This document shows positions 1 to 4,691 of a stretch of 5,645 nucleotides of DNA, piece after piece; position 1 is the first letter of the stretch; each line of letters starts with the position of its first letter. Made by a program: the position numbers and the translations under genes. This stretch comes from Prasinococcaceae sp. CCMP 1430 (lineage: Eukaryota; Plantae; Prasinodermophyta), in assembly GCA_013416795.1 (NCBI GenBank), contig RQSC01001245.1, positions 1 to 5,645 of the forward strand, read 5' to 3'. Below the pieces are notes generated by a model. That model was not told where the DNA came from. It made no database searches and was given only the letters and a program-made list of their open reading frames with translations.

Positions 1-187
1 CGGCGGACGGGCGCGACGAAGCTCGGCGGGGCGGAGCGGGCGAGCCTCGCGAGGGGAACCTTCCGCCTCGCTGCCGGGAGCGCGGGCGGGAGGGCGGCCA
101 ACACCCCCCGTTCCCCCTCCCCTGCCCCCCCCGCGCGCTGTGTGCTGCGCGCCGGCGTCGCTTGCGGCAGCCCCGCGCGCGCGCGTG

Positions 188-234
188 CCTAAACCCCAAA
201 CCCAAACACAAAACCCAAATACCCACCAACTACA
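188..234. repeat. C/A-rich low-complexity tract of degenerate CCCAAA/CCTAAA-like units
   Basis: cctaaaccccaaacccaaacacaaaacccaaatacccaccaactaca has no G over 47 nt in an otherwise G-rich window. It consists of imperfect 6-7 nt C2-4A3-4 units. Confidence 0.6.
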
Positions 235-237
235 GTA

Positions 238-412
238 CAGAGGTCAACTTTAAAATCGTACGCCTCGCCAGGCGTATTTGCGCCCGCCTACAAATCGTTC
301 CAGCGCGCGCCGCTTCGCCAGGGCGCCCAGTTTTACCCGCGCTACTCATAGAGCATTTTCGCACCCCCGCCGGTGCAGCGAGGCGCCGACGGCGAGGGGG
401 GGCCAAAAATCA
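238..412 (+). repeat. Left TIR of the MITE (~175 bp)
   Basis: Position p pairs with position 968-p of the right arm; 12 mismatches in 175 nt by manual alignment; similarity ends after ~412. Confidence 0.92.
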
Positions 413-555
413 AAAATGCACGCGTAAAATGCGAAATAAAGATTCTGATCTAAATGCCTCGACAGGCGCTCCTTCGGATCTGGGCGCCGGAAGCGGCCCG
501 GCGCTCACTGTACATCAAATGCCATTGAAAAAAAGTCCCGAAACCCGAACATGGC

Positions 556-730
556 TGAATTTTGGCCCCCCCTCGCCGATGGCGCCTCGCTGCAGCGGCG
601 GGGGTGCGGAAAGTCTCTATGAGTAGCGCGGGTAAAACTGGGCGCCCTGGCGAAGCGGCGCGCGCTGGAACGATTTTTAGGCGGGCGCAAATCCGCCTGG
701 CGAGGCGTACGATTTTTTTGTTGACCTCTG
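556..730 (-). repeat. Right TIR of the MITE (~175 bp)
   Basis: Reverse complement of 238-412. This explains the near-identical peptides in ORF-track entries 162..626(+) and 450..758(-). Confidence 0.92.
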
Positions 731-918
731 TAATGCAAAATGACCTACGGTTTCCCAATTTTAGAAACCCTACTGTGCATGCGTCTGACGGACTTGACGC
801 GACGCGCCAATTTCATCGCCGTGGGAACGGCGCTAACCTCGCGAAGCGCGGTTCGAAAGCATTGCCTTTCGCGCCGTTTGAACGGTGAGCGCGGCATTTC
901 GGCCGCGTTCCGCGGGAC

Positions 919-940
919 GGGCGCGGGCGCGGGCGCGGGG
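919..940 (+). repeat. (GGGCGC)3GGGG microsatellite, four G-tracts
   Basis: Read directly: gggcgc gggcgc gggcgc gggg. Confidence 0.7.
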
Positions 941-1199
941 CGCCACGCGCGCGCCCAGCTCAGCAGCGACCCGGAGGCTCGGTCCCAGCGACTCACCCCG
1001 GTCTATCGTGACAGACCGAGATCTCCCGAGGCGTTCACCCGGTCTGGCAAGGGCCGACCCGGGCCGGTGCGCGCAGCAAAAAAAAAAGTGTGTGTCGAAA
1101 ATGAAAAATCAAAATAAAAAAGGCGGCGCGGGCGGGGGCGGAACGGGGCGATACCACGGCCGTTCGCGGGGGAGATTTTTTGGCGGGAAGCGCGCGCGC

Positions 1200-1246
1200 G
1201 GGAGCGGTAGCGGGAGCGGGAGCGGGAGCGGGAGCGGGAGCGGGAG
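1200..1246 (+). repeat. (GGGAGC)n hexanucleotide tandem repeat, about 7.8 units
   Basis: gggagc ggtagc gggagc x5 gggag; one unit carries a G>T change. Confidence 0.9.
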
Positions 1247-1551
1247 AGAGGGGGGCCACACCGCCGGGTGTCGGCACCGCGCGTGCGCTGCGCGCGAGCC
1301 CATCCGCCGCATCGCCCCCTCCCCCCTGTTCCCCCTTCTCCGCGATGGCGCCGCCGCGCACGCCCGCGCACCGCACCGCGCCGCGTTTCGAATGCGGGGC
1401 AACTCACGGGAACGACTGCGCGGCGATCACACCATCAGATTGCAGGCCGCCCGCCGGTCAGCAGCCCTGCGCACGAGCGCGCTCGGGGAACTCCACAGGG
1501 TGCACTGTGCACGGATTAATTAGTGTAGGGTTTAACCGGGTTCTGCGATCC

Positions 1552-1566
1552 CGTTGTGGATCCACA
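1552..1566. promoter_or_regulatory. Palindromic motif copy 1, CGT-TGTGGATCCACA (candidate binding site)
   Basis: Perfect 12-bp palindrome at 1555-1566, repeated with a 1-nt central insertion at 1787-1802. Function is inferred only from position upstream of GAS8. Confidence 0.3.
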
Positions 1567-1786
1567 GACAGATGGGCCCTTCCGCGATCTCGCGGTGCTC
1601 TCTCGGGACGTGCGCGCCGCGCCGCGCCGCCGCGCCGCGCGACCGGTGCGACAGCGGCGGCGCGCCCGAACGAGCGCGCGCGCCGGCTGACTGGGGGAAC
1701 GGAATTCAGATCCGAAATCCCACATAAATGAGCGAATCCATCTCGAGCTACTGAACTCAATGAAATCCTAAAGACCCCACCGCAGA

Positions 1787-1802
1787 CGTTGTGGAATCCA
1801 CA
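1787..1802. promoter_or_regulatory. Palindromic motif copy 2, CGT-TGTGGAATCCACA (candidate binding site)
   Basis: Direct repeat of 1552-1566 with one extra A at the dyad centre. Confidence 0.3.
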
Positions 1803-2001
1803 CGCATACGCTGGGGTGGGTTCCATCTCCGTTGTTGGTTCCTTCGCAGGCGCTGGTGGGGCGGGCGGGGCGAGTTTGGCGCGGGCCGGGGCGGGCAGGG
1901 TTGGGCGCGGCGCCAGAGGGTGCGCGGCTGCGGCGCCGCTGGCCCCAGGCCCTCCTCACCCTACTCCATAGCGCCTCCCGCGGTAAGGAGGACAGGAGGA
2001 G

Positions 2002-2205
2002 GTGCGTCGCGCGGCCTTGCGAGCCACTGGCCGCGACGCAGCTGCGGTCCGCGCCGGCCCTGCGGCCAGCGCCGGCGCAGCGGTTGGCGCCGTCAAAAAC
2101 AAAAGTCAAGGCTCGACGTTGACGAGCGCACTCGCGTCCACCTCGTTCCCCTTCTCTCGCGCGCTTCCAGGGTCGCCTGACTTCCCACCTCCCCCCCGTC
2201 CGCAG
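2002..2205 (+). other. Probable 5'-UTR intron of GAS8 (boundaries ambiguous)
   Basis: The acceptor is strong: CTGAC (2177-2181), pyrimidine tract ttcccacctcccccccgtcc, then GCAG ending at 2205, 2 nt before the ATG. The donor AG|GTGCGT at 2002 matches the donor of the coding intron. Alternatives are donor GTAAGG at 1983 and acceptor CCAG ending at 2170. Confidence 0.55.
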
Positions 2206-2207
2206 TC

Positions 2208-3893
2208 ATGCCTCCCAAGAAGAAGAAAGATGCCAAAAAGAAGAAGAAGGAGGAGGTGCGTGCAGAAGCACGCCGCGCGCCGTCAGCGCAGCGCCCGCAC
2301 ACCGCCGCTCCTTGCATACGCTGCGCGAGTGTTGGTACGGCCCGCCGCTCGCGACGCCTGAAGCAAAAACGGCGTGGGCGAGCCAAGTGCGACCCCGTGC
2401 GTTCGAGCCACTCGGAAGTTGCGCTGGCCCTGACGCGGCTGCTGTGCGGGCCTCCACTTTTTTGCCGCCTCCCCATCCCTCTCCCGTGCCTACACCGCAC
2501 TCGCTCCCAGGATGCCCCTGCGCCGGCGCCTGTCGCCGAGGAGGAGACTGGCGTGTCCACAGAGGAGCTCCAGACGAAGATAGTCGAGCTAGAGAAGGAG
2601 AAGAGTCGCGAGGAGGAGAGCCGCAACTACATGCAACTCGAGCGCGACAAGATCAGCGCCTTCTGGGAAATTACCAAGAAGGAGCTCGATGACAAGAAGG
2701 CTGAGATGCGCAACAAGGACCGCGAGATGGAGGAGATGGAGGAGCGCCACCAGGTAGAGATCAAGGTGTACAAGCAGAAGGTGAAACACCTGCTCTATGA
2801 GCACCAACACAAGATCACGACGCTCAAGGCGGACGGAGAGATGGCGCTCAAGCTGAAGCACGACGAGAGCGCCAAGGAGGCAACGTCGCTGCAGCAGGAC
2901 AAGCGCAGCCTCAAGCTCGAAATCAAGGAGAGCGAATTGGCGCACGAAGACGTCGTGCGCCAGCTCAAACTGGAGCACGCCAAGGAGATCACCAAGCTGC
3001 GCGAAGGCTTCGAGATCAACGCCAAGGAGCTCGCGCAGAAGTACGAGAAGAAGATGAAGCTCCTGCGCGACGACCTGGAGATCCGCCGCAAGCAGGAAGT
3101 GCACGAGGTCGAAGAGCGCAAGAACACGCACATCAATGAGCTCATGAAGCACCACGAAAAGGCCTTCGCGGAAATCAAGGGGTACTACCAGGACGTGACG
3201 CACAACAATCTCGACCTCATAAAAACGCTCAAGGAGGAGGTGGCGGAGATGAAGAAGAAGGAGAGCGCAAACGAGAAGCTCATGTACGAAATCGCGCAGG
3301 AGAACAAGCGCCTCTCCGAGCCGCTCGTCAAGGCGCTCAAGGAGAACGAGACGCTGCGCACGAGCCTACAGCACTACGAGAAGGACAAGATCTCGCTGTC
3401 GCAGACCAAGGCCAGACTGGTGGACACGGAGAAGCAGCTGAAGAACCTCGAGTGGGATTACGAAGTGCTCGTGCAGAAGAGTGCGCAGACAACCGCCGAG
3501 CGCGACGAGCTTTACAAGCGCTTTGAGTCGTCCATATACGACGTGCAGCAGAAGAGCGGCCTCAAGAACCTCATGCTGGAGCGCAAGATCGAGGCCATGT
3601 CGGACGCGCTCGAGAAGAAAGAGGCGCAGCTCGGCGAGGTGCTGCAGGCGTCTAACCTGGACCCTCAGGCCATGGAGTCGATCTCGCGCAAGCTGGACGA
3701 GGTGCTCGAGTCGAAGAACGCGCTCATTCGCTCTCTGCAGTACGACGTCGCCAAGATCGCGAAGCGTCACAACGACGTCATCAGCGTGTACGAGGGAAAG
3801 CTCTCCGAGTACGGCGTGCCTGTGCAGGAGCTAGGCTTCAAGCCACTTGCCACGAGCACCACCACAGGGCCTGCGGGCCTCGTCGTGTCGTGA
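2208..3893 (+). CDS. GAS8: Growth arrest-specific protein 8 / dynein regulatory complex subunit 4 (DRC4, trypanin/PF2 family); join(2208..2255,2511..3893), 476 aa
   Basis: Lys-rich N-terminus MPPKKKKDAKKKKKEE, then family motifs RNYMQLERDKI..FWEITK, EERHQVEIKVYKQKVKHLLYEH, EERKNTHINELMKHHEKAFAEIKGYY..T.NNL.LI..LKE, ENKRLSEPL and C-terminal KL.EYGVP..ELGFKPL. The protein is coiled-coil throughout and third codon positions are strongly G/C-biased. The spliced length fits the ~470-480 aa I recall for the family. Confidence 0.96.
   Translation: MPPKKKKDAKKKKKEEVRAEARRAPSAQRPHTAAPCIRCASVGTARRSRRLKQKRRGRAKCDPVRSSHSEVALALTRLLCGPPLFCRLPIPLPCLHRTRSQDAPAPAPVAEEETGVSTEELQTKIVELEKEKSREEESRNYMQLERDKISAFWEITKKELDDKKAEMRNKDREMEEMEERHQVEIKVYKQKVKHLLYEHQHKITTLKADGEMALKLKHDESAKEATSLQQDKRSLKLEIKESELAHEDVVRQLKLEHAKEITKLREGFEINAKELAQKYEKKMKLLRDDLEIRRKQEVHEVEERKNTHINELMKHHEKAFAEIKGYYQDVTHNNLDLIKTLKEEVAEMKKKESANEKLMYEIAQENKRLSEPLVKALKENETLRTSLQHYEKDKISLSQTKARLVDTEKQLKNLEWDYEVLVQKSAQTTAERDELYKRFESSIYDVQQKSGLKNLMLERKIEAMSDALEKKEAQLGEVLQASNLDPQAMESISRKLDEVLESKNALIRSLQYDVAKIAKRHNDVISVYEGKLSEYGVPVQELGFKPLATSTTTGPAGLVVS
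2256..2510 (+). other. GT-AG spliceosomal intron in GAS8 (255 nt, phase 0, stop-free)
   Basis: Donor GAG|GTGCGT at 2256, branch-like CTGAC at 2430-2434, then an AG-free pyrimidine-rich stretch to CCCAG|GAT at 2510. Its translation (VRAEARRAPS...HRTRSQ) is Arg/Pro/Cys-rich and unlike the flanking GAS8 sequence. Confidence 0.88.
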
Positions 3894-3948
3894 GGCCGAG
3901 GGCAGGGGGCGACAAACCCGCGCGCGCTCGGCGCGCATCGTATAAACT

Positions 3949-3953
3949 TGTAA
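3949..3953 (+). terminator. Candidate TGTAA (UGUAA) polyadenylation signal of GAS8
   Basis: TGTAA in an AT-richer patch 56 nt after the stop. UGUAA is the established near-upstream poly(A) element in Chlamydomonas-type green algae, and the same motif follows the next gene. Confidence 0.45.
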
Positions 3954-4068
3954 TCATGCCATTCCATCACACGCACATCTGGCTCGTGCGCCTGCGCGCC
4001 CGCGCAGTTCCCTGATGCACGTCCTGGACAAACGTGGATGAAAACACCTGTGGGATGGTCTTCGTCAT

Positions 4069-4084
4069 TGCGCATGCGCATGCG
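4069..4084. promoter_or_regulatory. TGCGCATGCGCATGCG alternating purine/pyrimidine palindrome upstream of the small gene
   Basis: Two overlapping perfect palindromes (4069-4080, 12 bp; 4071-4084, 14 bp), 76-91 nt upstream of ATG 4160. Function is inferred. Confidence 0.3.
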
Positions 4085-4159
4085 AATTGACCTGTGCGCC
4101 CGGGGCGGCTGCGCGCGCGGTGTGCCAGAGCACACGCGCGCGCAGAGGCGGCCGTAGCC

Positions 4160-4542
4160 ATGGGCGCCGCCTTCAGCACGGCGAGGGACACGGCGGCGGC
4201 GATGTTCCAGGCGGTGAGCACCAAGGAGGGTCGCCAGGAGCACTCGGTGCGCGTGCGCGGCATGCCGCGCGGCGCGCGGCAGCATGCGGCGCGCAGCGCG
4301 CACAGCGCGCGGATTTCGCCCTAGGTAGCGCCAGGCACAGCAGGCGGCCTTGTTGTGCCGACGCCACAGCCGCTGCCCGAGCCGTCACAGCCATCACAGC
4401 GACAGCCGCGGTGGCCATCATGAGACGCTACAGCCGCGTGCTGACACGCGCCCCGCCGCCGCAGTCCGTTATCTTCAGCGCTGTTATGTTCGCCTGCGGT
4501 GTCGTGAGCTTCAACCTGTGGGGCAAAGTCATGGATGTGTAG
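4160..4542 (+). CDS. TOM5: 54-aa tail-anchored membrane microprotein, likely mitochondrial import subunit TOM5 (plant-type); join(4160..4246,4465..4542)
   Basis: Spliced product: MGAAFSTARDTAAAMFQAVSTKEGRQEHSSVIFSAVMFACGVVSFNLWGKVMDV. Donor TCG|GTGCGC at 4247, CTGAC at 4441-4445, first downstream AG at 4463-4464; both junctions are phase 0. G/C-ending codons: 27 of 28 after the ATG in exon 1 and 19 of 25 in exon 2. One hydrophobic segment (residues ~30-48). The C-terminus matches plant TOM5 as I recall it (..LGMFAGGVVLMRSYGDLMGV, also 54 aa); this comparison is from memory, not a search. Confidence 0.68.
4247..4464 (+). other. GT-AG intron in the TOM5-like gene (218 nt)
   Basis: GTGCGC donor, CTGAC branch motif, C-rich tract ccccgccgccgcag. 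An alternative in-phase donor GTGAGC at 4214 would shorten the protein by 11 aa. Confidence 0.7.
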
Positions 4543-4624
4543 GCTCCCTGCTCTCGGCGCACATTCCGTTGTCGAGGCGCTGGTGCTGGCGACCACTCAA
4601 GGCTCTAGCGCGCCACTTTGGTCA

Positions 4625-4629
4625 TGTAA
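4625..4629 (+). terminator. Candidate TGTAA polyadenylation signal of the TOM5-like gene
   Basis: TGTAA in the AT-rich patch catgtaattattg, 83 nt after the stop at 4542. Confidence 0.45.
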
Positions 4630-4691
4630 TTATTGCGGATACTCTACATGCGAGGTTGGGAGTCGGGCGAGCGCGTGCGCAGCTCCAGATC

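Larger units (their letters stand above)
238..730. mobile_element. Non-autonomous long-TIR DNA transposon (MITE/foldback-like), Tc1/mariner-type ends, 493 bp
   Basis: Ends read TA|CAGAGGTCAAC (238) ... GTTGACCTCTG|TA (730), with TA at 236-237 and 731-732. Hand alignment of 238-407 with the reverse complement of 561-730 is ungapped with 11 mismatches in 170 nt. The ~143-bp spacer has no transposase ORF. TA duplication and 5'-CAG termini are typical of the Tc1/mariner superfamily. Confidence 0.88.

Noticed and set aside
64-74. CGCCTCGCTGC shared with the MITE right arm (583-593)
   Set aside because: An 11-nt GC-rich match with no extension is expected by chance at this composition.
162-758. 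Paired ORFs 162..626(+) and 450..758(-) with near-identical peptides (KIVRLARRICARL...), suggesting duplicated genes
   Set aside because: They are translations of the two TIR arms. They start at non-ATG codons, lack codon bias and show no transposase motifs.
733-780. Imperfect hairpin ATGCA..GGTTTC-9nt-GAAACC..TGCAT beside the right TA
   Set aside because: Short interrupted stems with no recognisable RNA or element signature; compatible with chance.
845-865. GGTTCGAAAGC resembling a tRNA B-box
   Set aside because: It mismatches the GTTCRANNC consensus, and I found no A-box or cloverleaf.
965-1070. Recurrent CCCGG/GACCG motifs and a 6-bp hairpin (999-1018), considered as ncRNA or CRISPR-like repeats
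   Set aside because: Units vary in length and sequence, with no constant repeat-spacer period and no match to RNA families I know.
1552-1566. RFX X-box interpretation of the palindrome, given the ciliary gene downstream
   Set aside because: GTTGTGGATCCACA does not fit GTNRCC-N0-3-RGYAAC.
1853-1959. Possible minus-strand intron (GTGAGG...ccccaccag) implying a gene divergent from GAS8
   Set aside because: Flanking segments give no convincing reading frame (ATG GAG TAG upstream; low GC3 or early stops downstream). A non-coding transcript cannot be excluded, but nothing supports one.
740-2180. Many overlapping 60-210 aa ORFs on both strands upstream of GAS8
   Set aside because: Arg/Ala/Gly/Pro-rich translations typical of stop-poor GC-rich non-coding DNA. 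Most have non-ATG starts, and none has a recognisable domain or the codon bias of GAS8.
2589-3770. Antisense ORFs 2589..3203, 2795..3178 and 3366..3770
   Set aside because: Shadow frames produced by the strong codon bias of GAS8; their Leu/Val- or Ser-rich translations mirror the Glu/Lys codons.
4087-4542. ORF-track entries 4087..4542 and 4094..4324 as separate genes
   Set aside because: Each contains one exon of the spliced 54-aa gene plus intron read-through.
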